DNA of 64,000 bases from Candidatus Omnitrophota bacterium (GCA_050012075.1 JBEKHW010000002.1:126889-190888), one strand, 5' to 3'. Shown: positions 8,933 to 19,510, numbered from the stretch's first letter. Notes: generated from the sequence alone by a model not told the origin. Made by a program: numbers and translations.

Positions 8933-10372
8933 ATGAGAAGGATCAGGAAAGCGCTCTTATTTATTCCTCCGGCAATAACATTCAAAGACTGGATAGATAT
9001 AAACCCCCTGCCTCCGCTGGGGTTGGGGTATATAGGGGCAGTCCTTGAAGATAGCGGCATAGAAGTTAAAATAGTTGATTGTCTAATGGAGGGCTGGGAT
9101 AATCGGGTTGAAATAGGAAAAAATTTGCTAAGGATAGGTTTGTCTTTCGAGGAAATAGAAAATGTAATTATGGCTTATGGGCCTGATATAATAGGAGTCA
9201 ATAATCTGTTTACCAAGCAACGTGCCAATGCCCACAAGATTTATGAAGTCGCCAAAACAATAGATAAAGGCATAATAACTATTGCCGGGGGAGCGCATCC
9301 TACGGTAATGCCGGAGCTCGTTTTATCTGACACGAAAGTTGACTATGTGATTTTGGGGGAAGGAGAGCGCGCTATCGTTAGCTTAGTGCGCTCTATAGAG
9401 GGTAAACAAGATATCTCTGGATTGGATGGAGTTGGGTATAGGTCAAATGGACGGCTTATAATATTGCCCAAGACAAAGTTCATAGAAGATTTGGATAGTT
9501 TGCCGTTTCCGGCTATGCATCTTTTGAATATAGAAAAATATTTCGGCTTGAAATCTTCTCATGGTACTAGAAGGAAAAATAAATTCTCTCCCATCATAAC
9601 TTCAAGAGGATGCCCGGCAAAATGCACGTTTTGCTCAGCATCTTCGGTTTGGGGTAGGGGGTTTAGGCCCCGCTCACCGGAGAATGTGATAAGAGAATTA
9701 AAACTCCTTAAGACGAGATATGGTATTGAAGAGATAATGTTTGAAGACGATAACTTGACACTTGACCCTAAAAGAGCGGAAGCCATATTTGACGGCATTA
9801 CGCGAGAGAAGCTGAATTTAGAATGGGATACCCCTAACGGCGTTGCTGCATGGACATTAAGCGAAAAACTTATATACAAGATGAAACAAAGCGGTTGCCG
9901 TACAATAAATTTTGCTATCGAGTCAGGGAACCAATATGTCCTAGATAATATAATAAAAAAGCCGCTAATCTTAAAGAAAGTCAAGCCCCTGGTTAAATAT
10001 GCAAAAAAAATAGGATTAAATGTTGGGATATTTTTAGTGATGGGGATGCCGCATGAGACCGCAGAACAAATATGGGATAGCTTTCGCCTGGCAGAAGAGC
10101 TGGGCATTTTTACTCCTCATATATCAGTAGCGACCCCATATCCAGGTTCAGAACTTTATGATATCTGTAGAGAAGAGGGATTATTGCGTCCTGATTTTTC
10201 TCTGGATGACTTATATATCAGGAGTTTCTCCATATCTACACCTGAATTGAGTAACAAACAGCTGAAGAAAACTATTTCAGAAGGGGAAAAGTATCTATTA
10301 TTCTCCTCTTTAAAGAAAAAACCTTTTATGTTTTTAAGAACCCTTTTGGGAAAATTTATTAAGAATAAATGA
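8933..10372 (+). CDS. B12-binding (class B) radical SAM enzyme
   Basis: N-terminal cobalamin-binding Rossmann-like region (IITIAGGAHPTVMPE) followed by the radical-SAM cysteine triad SRGCPAKCTFCSAS. 479 aa. Confidence 0.7.
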   Translation: MRRIRKALLFIPPAITFKDWIDINPLPPLGLGYIGAVLEDSGIEVKIVDCLMEGWDNRVEIGKNLLRIGLSFEEIENVIMAYGPDIIGVNNLFTKQRANAHKIYEVAKTIDKGIITIAGGAHPTVMPELVLSDTKVDYVILGEGERAIVSLVRSIEGKQDISGLDGVGYRSNGRLIILPKTKFIEDLDSLPFPAMHLLNIEKYFGLKSSHGTRRKNKFSPIITSRGCPAKCTFCSASSVWGRGFRPRSPENVIRELKLLKTRYGIEEIMFEDDNLTLDPKRAEAIFDGITREKLNLEWDTPNGVAAWTLSEKLIYKMKQSGCRTINFAIESGNQYVLDNIIKKPLILKKVKPLVKYAKKIGLNVGIFLVMGMPHETAEQIWDSFRLAEELGIFTPHISVATPYPGSELYDICREEGLLRPDFSLDDLYIRSFSISTPELSNKQLKKTISEGEKYLLFSSLKKKPFMFLRTLLGKFIKNK

Positions 10373-11358
10373 AGAATTATCCTTTTTGCAGTGTTTTAAT
10401 GCCGGTTTATAACGGGGAAAAATATCTGAAAGAGGCGATTGAAAGTATCCTCGGACAAACATTTCCAGATTTTGAATTTATAATTATAAATGACGGTTCT
10501 ACTGATGGCACGAAATGGATCTTGGATTTTTATTCTCGGAGCGATTCCCGTATAAAGGTATTGACTCAAGGGAACCGCGGCATAGTATCCGCCCTTAATA
10601 ATGGCTTAAAACTATGTAAGGGCGAATGGGTCTTTAGGATGGATAGCGATGATATTGCTATTCCTAATAGACTACAGCTTCAGCTAAATGAAATAAGGGA
10701 AAAACCGGATCTTGCGCTGGTTGGGGGGTTCTGTGAACAAATAAACGAAAATAACATTATACTAAGGTCCAATAAATACCCCGCTGAACATAAAACTCTA
10801 ATCAATAATTTAGAGTCCTTAAAGCCATTTTTACCGACGCCTACAATATGCTTTAAGAGGGTTGCGGTAAATGAGGTTTCCGGTTACAGGGAAAGATTTA
10901 AATACGCTGATGATATAGATTTATGGCTGCGATTAGCCGAAAAAGGTAGATTTTGCTGTGTGCAAGAGGTCGTAACCAAATTACGAAAGCATTCATCTAA
11001 TTTTTCTACAGTTCATTTTAAAGAATTCCAAATTTATGGAGATTGTGCTGTTGTTTGTTATTTTCGGCGTAAAATGGGCCTTTCTGACCCATCAAGCTCG
11101 GATAATATAACTTGGCATAATTTTAAAGGATGGGTTGAATCAAGATTAGATGAAATGGGGATTTTTGAAGAAGAAGCGGCATGCCAATTACTCCGAGATT
11201 TGTGGATCTCCAATGCCGGTATTCCTCTTACTAAGAAATTAATAAGCTTATTGAAGAATTGCAAAATTGAATTTTTATTGTTGAAGTATGTATTCAGAAG
11301 ATTCTCCGGGAATATTGCTTATAAACTGGCAGTTCAAAGTAAAGGCCTGTTTAAATAA
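10369..11358 (+). CDS. family 2 glycosyltransferase
   Basis: CSVLMPVYNGEKYLKEAIESILGQTFPDFEFIIINDGSTDGT plus a DSDD motif. 4-nt overlap with the upstream gene. Confidence 0.7.
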   Translation: MKNYPFCSVLMPVYNGEKYLKEAIESILGQTFPDFEFIIINDGSTDGTKWILDFYSRSDSRIKVLTQGNRGIVSALNNGLKLCKGEWVFRMDSDDIAIPNRLQLQLNEIREKPDLALVGGFCEQINENNIILRSNKYPAEHKTLINNLESLKPFLPTPTICFKRVAVNEVSGYRERFKYADDIDLWLRLAEKGRFCCVQEVVTKLRKHSSNFSTVHFKEFQIYGDCAVVCYFRRKMGLSDPSSSDNITWHNFKGWVESRLDEMGIFEEEAACQLLRDLWISNAGIPLTKKLISLLKNCKIEFLLLKYVFRRFSGNIAYKLAVQSKGLFK

Positions 11359-11395
11359 AAATTAAACAACTTAGAGTAAACCAGGAAAATATCCG

Positions 11396-12832
11396 ATGGA
11401 AAGCTTAAACTTTATTGATTTTAAGACCAAGGGCTTATATTTTAGGTTCGCCCTTATTCTGAATGCTGTTTTTTTTGGTATAAGTACCTTTTTTATTGTT
11501 ACGAAGTGTGCCATTCCAGCAATTAGATTGAATCTGTATACGGTTACGTTATTATCAGCTATTTTATCTTCCTATTGGGTGTTTTATCTTGAAAGCAAAG
11601 GCGATCTTTTTGCTTTTATAAATATCTTAATTTTTTGGTATTTCATAATGTTTTTTATACCGTTACTACTTATTACCCATTATCCAGAGACACGTACTAA
11701 GGTAGGATATTGGAGTTTTGAATCTTTTGAATTAGCAGTTTTCCTTGTTATTGTCTCATTTTATTCCTTGCTCATTGGTTATCTATTTGCAAATAGAGTA
11801 GGCAGAGAATGGCACTTGCATTTAGGAGAGCATCCTTCAGTAAAGAGGATCATCCTCGTAATAATAATTTCTATCATTCTGTATATAATTTCACTAATCT
11901 TAAGATCTTATTTTATGGGTACAAGTATATTAAAAGTTTTAAGTTTCCATTCTTACGCCACTAACTTTACTAAAAGAGAATACTCTATGGGGGTATATAC
12001 ATTTACGAACTTATTAGGTTCGGGTATGGGATATTTACTCTTGTTTTATCTTATATTGCCAAAAAATACGGGTACAAAGAAGCTGCTCATTTGGTTTACC
12101 CCGATTGTATTCTTATTCTTAATCTATGGCCTTATCGGGGCTTTTTTAAATACGAGTAAAGCTCTTTTTTTTAATCTTATCTTTCTCATCACTGGCTATT
12201 ATAACTATGTCGCTAGAAAGATTAAGCCGAAACAAATAATTGCGGTATTTTTTTGCTGTGTATTAATCTTAAGTTACTTTAATTATCGCAGAATGTCCGG
12301 AGACATGAGAGGGGAAAGCAATATTTTCAGCATAACGAAAATAATGTATGCGCAGACCTTCGATGATATGGAAACTTTCGCTGTGGTCTGTGATTTTTTT
12401 CCCAAAAAACACGCGTATTACAATGGCAGGAGGACAGCTGAGGAGATTTTACTTTTGCCTATTCCCAGGGCGTTATGGAAAGATAAACCTTTAGCATACG
12501 GATTTAGGGATATACTGAATGATATAAATCCGGGTTGGTTCTCCTATGGTTATCATCCAGGGTTACAAAGCCAATTTTATGCGGATTTTGGAATAATCGG
12601 CATTATTGTCGGATTTTTTATTTTTGGTGCTATAATCAGATTAATCTATAATTCATTTTGCAAATATAAATGTAATAAAGGGGCAGTGATATTTTATATA
12701 ACCATAATCAGTAACTCCTGGTTATATCTTAAGGGCGGTTTTCCTTGGTTGAATTTACTTGTTATTTCCTATTTGCCGTTATATCTCTTATTGATGTATA
12801 TCTATCCAAAAATAAATACCAGGAGACATTAA
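11396..12832 (+). CDS. oligosaccharide repeat-unit polymerase (Wzy-like) polytopic membrane protein
   Basis: 478 aa, more than 10 predicted TM segments with one larger loop. Lies in a Wzx-containing cluster. Confidence 0.45.
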   Translation: MESLNFIDFKTKGLYFRFALILNAVFFGISTFFIVTKCAIPAIRLNLYTVTLLSAILSSYWVFYLESKGDLFAFINILIFWYFIMFFIPLLLITHYPETRTKVGYWSFESFELAVFLVIVSFYSLLIGYLFANRVGREWHLHLGEHPSVKRIILVIIISIILYIISLILRSYFMGTSILKVLSFHSYATNFTKREYSMGVYTFTNLLGSGMGYLLLFYLILPKNTGTKKLLIWFTPIVFLFLIYGLIGAFLNTSKALFFNLIFLITGYYNYVARKIKPKQIIAVFFCCVLILSYFNYRRMSGDMRGESNIFSITKIMYAQTFDDMETFAVVCDFFPKKHAYYNGRRTAEEILLLPIPRALWKDKPLAYGFRDILNDINPGWFSYGYHPGLQSQFYADFGIIGIIVGFFIFGAIIRLIYNSFCKYKCNKGAVIFYITIISNSWLYLKGGFPWLNLLVISYLPLYLLLMYIYPKINTRRH

Positions 12833-12833
12833 A

Positions 12834-13784
12834 TTGTTAAATACAGATGACGTAGATGTAGTTATACTTACTTATCGTACCTCTCGTTTGGCTATAGATG
12901 CAGCCCATTCCGCCTTAGACAATAATCCAGGTTCGATTACTGTGGTTGATAATTTTTCACAGGATGAATCCTCTGTTTTATTGAAGAAAGAGATTGGGCC
13001 GTTCGCAAGGATAATTTTCCTTGATCAAAACTATGGCTTTGGCGGAGGTAACAATAGAGGTGCTCAATCAGGTAGCAGGCCCCTATTGCTCCTGATGAAT
13101 GCAGATATAAAATTATATCCGGATGCCTTATTAAATATGGTTAAAGTTTTTAATACTGATGAAAGAGCTGGCGTTGTGGTGCCTGCTTTGAATTATCCGG
13201 ATCAGCGGATGCAGCCTTCCGCGTATCTTTTTATTAGGCCATTAAGGATTATAAAGATAATGATGGGATTAGATAAGCTTGCAGAAAAATTAAACTGTAA
13301 TTTCCTTGCCGGCAATGTAGATTGTTTGCATAATAATGACTATTCCGGACCGATAGAATCTCCTTATGGCAGTTGTATGCTTATACGCAGACGAGCGTTT
13401 GAAGATGTAGGTGGCTTTGATGAAAATTTCTTTATATACTGCGAAGAAACGGATTTAGCTTTGCGTTTAACTAAAAAGAGATGGAAAATCTTTAGGGATG
13501 CTGATGCTAGGGCGATTCATAATCACGGAGCCAGTGCTAACCAAAATCCAGCCAACTTCTATATTTTAATGCAGGAAAGCGTTAGGATATATAGTAAGAA
13601 ACATTTTAATTTGTTAGGCAGGTTAGCCGTATTTATTTTTTCTATCTTAGGCATTGCACTCCGTTTAGTATTTTTCTTGGGCCTACATAATAAAAGGATG
13701 AAATATTGGGCTGGATTAGGGGTATGGCTCGGATGGCAGAAAAGCGTTGATCCTAGAAAAAAGGCTGATTCCAATGTCATCTGA
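12834..13784 (+). CDS. family 2 glycosyltransferase
   Basis: VDVVILTYRTSRL...VVDNFSQDES GT2-like N-terminus. C-terminal TM helix. Confidence 0.6.
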   Translation: MLNTDDVDVVILTYRTSRLAIDAAHSALDNNPGSITVVDNFSQDESSVLLKKEIGPFARIIFLDQNYGFGGGNNRGAQSGSRPLLLLMNADIKLYPDALLNMVKVFNTDERAGVVVPALNYPDQRMQPSAYLFIRPLRIIKIMMGLDKLAEKLNCNFLAGNVDCLHNNDYSGPIESPYGSCMLIRRRAFEDVGGFDENFFIYCEETDLALRLTKKRWKIFRDADARAIHNHGASANQNPANFYILMQESVRIYSKKHFNLLGRLAVFIFSILGIALRLVFFLGLHNKRMKYWAGLGVWLGWQKSVDPRKKADSNVI

Positions 13785-14454
13785 AAGTTTATATTTAAAT
13801 AAACCCGATTACTATATTGACCATATTGTTTGGGAAATTGTTTTCGAGATCCCTGAAGGCAGTAACAAAATACTCGATATAGGCTGTGGCGGTGCATTAA
13901 CCGGCTTAACTTTAAAACAGCATAAAAAGGCTTCCGAAGTCATTGGTATTGATATATCGAAGGCCGCAGCGGAAAGAGCGGCGCTCAGGATTGATAAGGT
14001 TATAGTAGGCAATATTGAAGAAATGGATCTTAATTTACCGGATGGATATTTTGATTATGTCATTTTGGGTGATATCCTTGAGCATCTGATAAACCCCTGG
14101 GAATTTTTGAAAAAAATTAATAAATACCTGAAACAAAATGGCAGGATGCTTGTAACTATACCTAATGTCCGTTGCTGGAGAGTAGTTGTCCCGCTTATTT
14201 TCAAAGGAGCATGGTCTTATGAATGGCAGGGTATTTTGGATAAGAGCCATCTCAGGTTCTTTACAAAAAAAACAATATATCAGCTTTTTAATGATGCCGG
14301 ATTAAACATATGCAAGATAAAGGCTATGGTAGGAAGCAACTTAGTTAGCGGTTATAGTTCAAAGACGATAACCGCATTTCTTGATAAGTTTACTTTAGGC
14401 TTATTCAGGGAATTCTTGGCTCCGGGATATTTTATCGTTTCAAGCAAAAGTTAA
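13747..14454 (+). CDS. class I SAM-dependent methyltransferase
   Basis: Motif I ILDIGCGGALTGLTL and motif II YFDYVILGDILEHL. A likelier start is the internal ATG at 13774 (MSSESLYLN) preceded by aaaagg. Confidence 0.6.
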   Translation: MILEKRLIPMSSESLYLNKPDYYIDHIVWEIVFEIPEGSNKILDIGCGGALTGLTLKQHKKASEVIGIDISKAAAERAALRIDKVIVGNIEEMDLNLPDGYFDYVILGDILEHLINPWEFLKKINKYLKQNGRMLVTIPNVRCWRVVVPLIFKGAWSYEWQGILDKSHLRFFTKKTIYQLFNDAGLNICKIKAMVGSNLVSGYSSKTITAFLDKFTLGLFREFLAPGYFIVSSKS

Positions 14455-14524
14455 ATCAGAAGCTTTCTTATTTTAGGGCGGGTATTGTCTTTAGGGTAAA
14501 ACAGCATAATTAAGGAGCGTAAAG

Positions 14525-14989
14525 ATGAAAGAAAAGATTAGCCGGTTAAATGGTGAGCCGCAGTTGATACCAGGAGAACTGTCGATTGATGATCGAGGAG
14601 AATTGGGATTTGTGAATAATTTTGATATGTCCGGAATAAAGAGATTTTATAGCGTTAGGAATCATAAGGTCGGGTTTATCAGGGCTTGGCATGCGCATAA
14701 AAATGAAGAGAAATACGTTACCGTAATTTCCGGTGCGGCAATAATCTGCGCTGTTCTAATTGATAATTGGGAGAATCCGTCTAAAGGCGCAAAAGTCCAC
14801 AGGTTTGTGCTTTCTACGAATAAACCTTCAGTGGTATTTATCCCGAAAGGCTATGCCAATGGTTTTGTGAATTTAGAAAGAGATACCAAGCTTATATTTT
14901 TTTCTACGCGTACGGTAGAAGAAAGTAAGGGGGATGATTTCAGGTATGATGCTTATTATTGGAATCCCTGGCAGATTATTGAGCGCTAA
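14525..14989 (+). CDS. cupin-fold sugar 3,4-ketoisomerase-like protein (FdtA/QdtA/WxcM-C family)
   Basis: 154 aa single cupin with a His-containing motif (RAWHAHKNEEKYV). Size and context fit dTDP-4-keto-6-deoxyhexose 3,4-isomerases. Confidence 0.45.
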   Translation: MKEKISRLNGEPQLIPGELSIDDRGELGFVNNFDMSGIKRFYSVRNHKVGFIRAWHAHKNEEKYVTVISGAAIICAVLIDNWENPSKGAKVHRFVLSTNKPSVVFIPKGYANGFVNLERDTKLIFFSTRTVEESKGDDFRYDAYYWNPWQIIER

Positions 14990-15001
14990 AGGGAGCATTA
15001 A

Positions 15002-15976
15002 ATGAAGATACTGATTGTAGGGGGAGCAGGTTATCTCGGCGGAGCCATTACAGATATTCTGGCCAGCGCTCATTACGAAGTCCGCATTTATGATTTACTT
15101 TTATACGAAGAAACTTACCGTAAGAATATCCCCTTTATATATGGCGACATTAGAAATGCGCAAAAGCTTAAAAAGCATTTACAATGGGCAGATGTAGTAA
15201 TTTGGCTGGCCGCATTGGTAGGGGATCCCGCCTGCAGTTTAAATGAAAGAGTCGCTAGAGAGATAAACACTGGATCGGTCAGGTTTTTGCGGGAGAATTT
15301 CAACGGGAGAATTATTTTCATGTCTACCTGTTCGGTTTACGGGGCTGCAGAAGATGAACTTGGCGAAGAATCGCCCCTAAATCCTCTTTCTCTTTACGCT
15401 CAAAGTAAGCTTGATTCGGAAAATATCCTGTCAGGATCGAATTCCATTATTTTTAGATTAGGGACACTTTACGGCATAGGGGATAATTTTTCCCGTATAA
15501 GATTTGATTTGGTTGTCAATACTTTGATAATGCGCGCCATTTTCCATAATAAAATTAATGTTTTTGGAGGCAGGCAATACCGGCCGTTGCTTCATGTGCG
15601 CGATGCCGCGGCAATGGTTTGTTCTTCTCTAGAGAGGGATAATACCGGTATTTACAATTTACATTCTGAAAATGTCACGATATTTGAAATAGCAGAGCGA
15701 ATTAAGAAATTCTTCCCTTCTTTGAATATCGAAATATGCGAAACAATGTTTCAGGATAACCGCAATTACCGGGTTTCTAGTAGAAAGGCGGCGCATGAGC
15801 TTAACTTTAATCCAAAACTGAAAATAGAAGACTGTATTAGAGAATTAAAGGAGATGCTTGAGGACGGCAGGGTAAAAAATTCATTTATTACCCGTTTTTC
15901 TAATTACTTGTATCTAAAACCGTTACTTACCGAATACAGTTCTCCTTTAGGCAAAGTTATTAAATTTAACATTTAA
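15002..15976 (+). CDS. NAD-dependent epimerase/dehydratase family protein
   Basis: MKILIVGGAGYLGGAI Rossmann motif and YAQSK catalytic motif. 324 aa. Confidence 0.65.
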   Translation: MKILIVGGAGYLGGAITDILASAHYEVRIYDLLLYEETYRKNIPFIYGDIRNAQKLKKHLQWADVVIWLAALVGDPACSLNERVAREINTGSVRFLRENFNGRIIFMSTCSVYGAAEDELGEESPLNPLSLYAQSKLDSENILSGSNSIIFRLGTLYGIGDNFSRIRFDLVVNTLIMRAIFHNKINVFGGRQYRPLLHVRDAAAMVCSSLERDNTGIYNLHSENVTIFEIAERIKKFFPSLNIEICETMFQDNRNYRVSSRKAAHELNFNPKLKIEDCIRELKEMLEDGRVKNSFITRFSNYLYLKPLLTEYSSPLGKVIKFNI

Positions 15977-15979
15977 GCG

Positions 15980-16705
15980 ATGAACGAACTGTCTGTTATT
16001 ATCCCCTGTATTTCTACCACCGAGCTGCTTCCTGCTCTTGTTGATGAGTTAGCCGGATATCTTATGGCTAACCCCAGCGACGTGGATATTATTGTGGTCG
16101 CTAATGAAAAATCATATACGCCGAATAATCTCTCTGGATACGTGCAGAGTAATTACCCTTGGTTGAAGTTTGAAATGCTGCAGCTTAAGGGTGGCAGGCG
16201 TAGTTTCGGCGCTTTGGCGCGGTTCGGCATTGCTTATTCTACCAGTTCATATGTAGTGTTGGTTTCTGGCTATGGTGAAGACGATATCGGCATTATCCCT
16301 AAGATGCTAAATCAGATAAGAAACGGAGCACAGGTGGTTCAAGCTACGCGCTCAGGTTCTTTAAGCAATAAAAATGATGTCTCATTTAAATTCAGACTAT
16401 ATCAGGCGTTATACAGATTTCTGATTAAATTATTACTGGGGATTAAGATTAAGGATTCTACTTATGGGTTTAAGATGTTTGACAGGGTGTTTATCCAGTC
16501 CCTGGGGTTAAACCAAAATGGTTTTAGTATCTGCCCGGAAATTACCTTAAAAGCGTTACTTGCCGGAGGAAGGGTGGAGTATGTTGATTCCAAGGTAAAA
16601 TCCAAACCTTTAAATAAGGATTTTAAGCTTTATAAAGAAGGAATTTCTTATCTTTGGCTGCTCTTACGAGGTTTTGCCCATCGGTTAGGAATACTTTGGT
16701 TTTAA
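15980..16705 (+). CDS. glycosyltransferase (GT2-like)
   Basis: LSVIIPCISTTELLPALVDEL... is a GT-A-like N-terminus. 241 aa. Confidence 0.45.
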   Translation: MNELSVIIPCISTTELLPALVDELAGYLMANPSDVDIIVVANEKSYTPNNLSGYVQSNYPWLKFEMLQLKGGRRSFGALARFGIAYSTSSYVVLVSGYGEDDIGIIPKMLNQIRNGAQVVQATRSGSLSNKNDVSFKFRLYQALYRFLIKLLLGIKIKDSTYGFKMFDRVFIQSLGLNQNGFSICPEITLKALLAGGRVEYVDSKVKSKPLNKDFKLYKEGISYLWLLLRGFAHRLGILWF

Positions 16706-16713
16706 TACGCGCG

Positions 16714-17421
16714 ATGAAGATCTGTATAGTAGTCCCGATGTATAATGAAGAGAAAATTGCTGAGGCAAGCGTAAATGAGATTATTGGTTATGCGAAAAAA
16801 TTACCCGGTTTTATCACCGTAGTGGCAGTTAATGACGGCTCTACTGATAAAACGGGGGATATCCTGGAAGGCCTTGCCGTAAAATACGACAATAGGGAGT
16901 TCCGGTTTATTACAAGCTCTATTAACAGGGGATATGGCGGGGCATTAAAATTGGGCATAGGTTTTGCAATTGAGAATAATTATGATTACGCGCTTTTTAT
17001 GGACAGCGATTTGACCAATCATCCGAAATACTTAAGAAATTTTTACGATAAAATGTCCGAAGGCTATGATTACATTAAGGCATCACGGTATATCAAGTAC
17101 GGCGGAACGTCAGGCGTACCTTTTAAGAGAAGAATTATTTCCATTATCGGTAATAGTATCGCTAAGCTCGTTACGCGGCTTCCCCTGAAAGATTTTACCA
17201 ACGGATTCCGTGCCGTAAAAGTTAATATTCTTAAAAAGATAGAATTGAAGGAGGATGGCTATTCAGTGATAATCGAAGAACTTAAAAAGGTAAGCAAGAT
17301 AACAAATAATTTCTGCGAGGTTCCTTATATATTGGAGACAAGGAGTAAAATAGCCGGCTCATCTAAATTCAATTATAATATTGTAACGTTCTGGAATTAT
17401 GCAAAATATTTATTCATATAG
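16714..17421 (+). CDS. family 2 glycosyltransferase, polyprenyl-phosphate sugar synthase (DPM1-like)
   Basis: MKICIVVPMYNEEKIAE...VVAVNDGSTDKT...DSDL resembles dolichyl/polyprenyl-phosphate mannose or glucose synthases. The start is set at ATG 16714 in the same frame as ORF 16654. Confidence 0.6.
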   Translation: MKICIVVPMYNEEKIAEASVNEIIGYAKKLPGFITVVAVNDGSTDKTGDILEGLAVKYDNREFRFITSSINRGYGGALKLGIGFAIENNYDYALFMDSDLTNHPKYLRNFYDKMSEGYDYIKASRYIKYGGTSGVPFKRRIISIIGNSIAKLVTRLPLKDFTNGFRAVKVNILKKIELKEDGYSVIIEELKKVSKITNNFCEVPYILETRSKIAGSSKFNYNIVTFWNYAKYLFI

Positions 17422-17439
17422 CTAACGGGAGACAGTGAT

Positions 17440-18321
17440 ATGAGGGTGATTGTTTTAGGCGCAACCGGGATGCTGGGGAGCATGGTTTACGGATACCTGC
17501 GCAATTCTACTGGGTTGGAAGTGACCGGCACGTCAAGGAATAAGGAGGCCGGCTTCCTTGGGCTTGATGTGAACGAAGATTATCCGGCAATGCAGAAGAA
17601 AATGAAAAATTGCGATTATATTATTAATTGCATCGGTATAACCAAGCCATATTGCCATGATGATAATATGGAGGAAGTACGAAATGCCCTGCTTGTTAAT
17701 TCTTTGTTCCCTTTTAAGCTTTCCGATTTAGCTAAACAGAATAATACGCGCGTAATCCAGATCGCTACTGATTGCGTCTATTCCGGAAGAGAGGGGAAAT
17801 ATACCGAAGACGCATTACATGACCCTCTGGATGTTTACGGAAAGACAAAAAGCCTCGGCGAAGTAAAGTCCCCGCACTATCTTAATATCAGGTCTTCCAT
17901 AATCGGGCCGGAGAAAGTTAAGAAAGCTTTTTTATTTGAGTGGTTTATGAAGCAGCCCAAGGGAGCTTTCCTGAACGGTTTTTCCAACCACCTCTGGAAT
18001 GGGGTGACTACTTTACAGTTCGCAAAGCTTTGCGAGCGTATAATCAAAGATAATAAATTTAGCTACTTGGCGGGAATATCAAGCGTGCATCATTTTGTCC
18101 CAAATAATATTGTTTCTAAATATCAGATGCTTTGTATGTTTAAGGATGTTTTTAAAAGAGAAGTGGTAATAAAGGAAGAGAGGGCAGGGGATGGCGTGGT
18201 GGACAGGACTTTAGCTACGAAATACAACGGGATTTCAAGTTTCTTCCCGGGCTCTGATCTGGAATCGGAGATATATGAGCTCAAGAAATATATAGAAGAT
18301 ACAGGATTTTACAATGCCTAA
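17440..18321 (+). CDS. NAD(P)-dependent sugar reductase, RmlD (dTDP-4-dehydrorhamnose reductase)-like
   Basis: MRVIVLGATGMLGSMV Rossmann motif, about 290 aa, YGKTK catalytic motif. Confidence 0.5.
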   Translation: MRVIVLGATGMLGSMVYGYLRNSTGLEVTGTSRNKEAGFLGLDVNEDYPAMQKKMKNCDYIINCIGITKPYCHDDNMEEVRNALLVNSLFPFKLSDLAKQNNTRVIQIATDCVYSGREGKYTEDALHDPLDVYGKTKSLGEVKSPHYLNIRSSIIGPEKVKKAFLFEWFMKQPKGAFLNGFSNHLWNGVTTLQFAKLCERIIKDNKFSYLAGISSVHHFVPNNIVSKYQMLCMFKDVFKREVVIKEERAGDGVVDRTLATKYNGISSFFPGSDLESEIYELKKYIEDTGFYNA

Positions 18322-19504
18322 AAAAATCGCTTTTATTTTAGGGATCAGGCCAGACATTATCAGGAGCGCGATAATACTGGAGAAATTACGCCAGCAGCCA
18401 GATTTTGAACTGATTTTTATCTGGTCTGGCCAGCATTATTCCGATAACCTGAAGGACATATTTTTCCGCGATTTAAATGTTAGGCCGCCTCAGGTTGAAT
18501 TAGGCGTTACGGGAAAAAATGACGCTGAATTGTTGGCTTCCGTCATCCGGAAGCTTTATCCGGTATTAGCTGATATGGCCCCCATGGCGGCAATATTCTT
18601 GGGTGATACCAACACCGTAATGGGGTGCATTGCCGCTGCCCAGTTAAATATACCCATTGTGCATATTGAAGGGTGTATGCGTTCCTATGACTGGCGGATG
18701 CCAGAAGAAAAATACCGTACGGTTACTGACCATCTATCAGACGTCATTTATGCCTATCTTCCCGAATATAAGCAACAGGGCATTAGTGAAGGCCTGAATC
18801 CGGAGAGCATAGTGGTAACCACAAACCCGATTGTAGATGTTTTAAACCGCTATTATTTTGCTCAGAAGGAAAAATTCGATTCTTTAGCCAGCCGGTCTTT
18901 CTTTTCACAGCATAAGATAGAGAAAAAAGAATATTATCTCTTGACCTGCCACCGCAGGGAGAACGTTTCTTCATCCCCAGCATTAAAAAATATTCTCAGG
19001 TTGATTTCTTCTACTGAGAGAAAGATCTATTTTCCCGCCAGTTACCGCACGCAGAAGATGTTATCTGAATTTGGATTAGCCCTTCCCCGGAACGTAATCA
19101 TGGTAGACCCGGTAGGCTATACGGAAATGCTGGTTTTATTGACAAATAGCAGGGGGGTAATCACTGATTCCGGCACAGTCATTGAAGAAGCGTGTATTTT
19201 GAATATACCTTCGATTCAATTGCGTAAATCTACAGAAAGGCCTCAGGTCTATGATGTCGGTTCAAGCGTAAAATTTGACCCGGCTGAATCAGAAAGCGCT
19301 GATTTTAAGAAAACTTTTATGAAGCTGGAAGCGCTTCATGGGAAGACGTTTATCAATCCTTTTGGCGACGGTAAGGCCTCTGAACGCATAGTTTCTGATA
19401 TCTCCAAGCGGGTAAAAAACGGAGGATTTGACAGGCATAAACCACGTGGTTATCATCTGGATATTTCCCATTCATTCAGGGATGATTCCCTTAACAAAAT
19501 TTAA
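18314..19504 (+). CDS. UDP-N-acetylglucosamine 2-epimerase (non-hydrolysing, WecB-like) family protein
   Basis: KIAFILGIRPDIIRSAIIL...FIWSGQHY and HIEGCMRS motifs typical of the epimerase_2 family. Confidence 0.6.
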   Translation: MPKKIAFILGIRPDIIRSAIILEKLRQQPDFELIFIWSGQHYSDNLKDIFFRDLNVRPPQVELGVTGKNDAELLASVIRKLYPVLADMAPMAAIFLGDTNTVMGCIAAAQLNIPIVHIEGCMRSYDWRMPEEKYRTVTDHLSDVIYAYLPEYKQQGISEGLNPESIVVTTNPIVDVLNRYYFAQKEKFDSLASRSFFSQHKIEKKEYYLLTCHRRENVSSSPALKNILRLISSTERKIYFPASYRTQKMLSEFGLALPRNVIMVDPVGYTEMLVLLTNSRGVITDSGTVIEEACILNIPSIQLRKSTERPQVYDVGSSVKFDPAESESADFKKTFMKLEALHGKTFINPFGDGKASERIVSDISKRVKNGGFDRHKPRGYHLDISHSFRDDSLNKI

Positions 19505-19510
19505 TTTAGA

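Noticed and set aside
9559-10107. 182-aa minus-strand ORF inside the radical-SAM gene
   Set aside because: Fully nested antisense ORF without family resemblance. The + strand frame has clear rSAM motifs.
16654-16713. 5' extension of the DPM1-like GT2 ORF (MAALTRFCPSVRNTLVLIRA...)
   Set aside because: The extension overlaps the upstream GT2 by 52 nt and lacks an RBS. The internal ATG at 16714 (MKICIVVPMYNEE) gives the canonical GT2 N-terminus.
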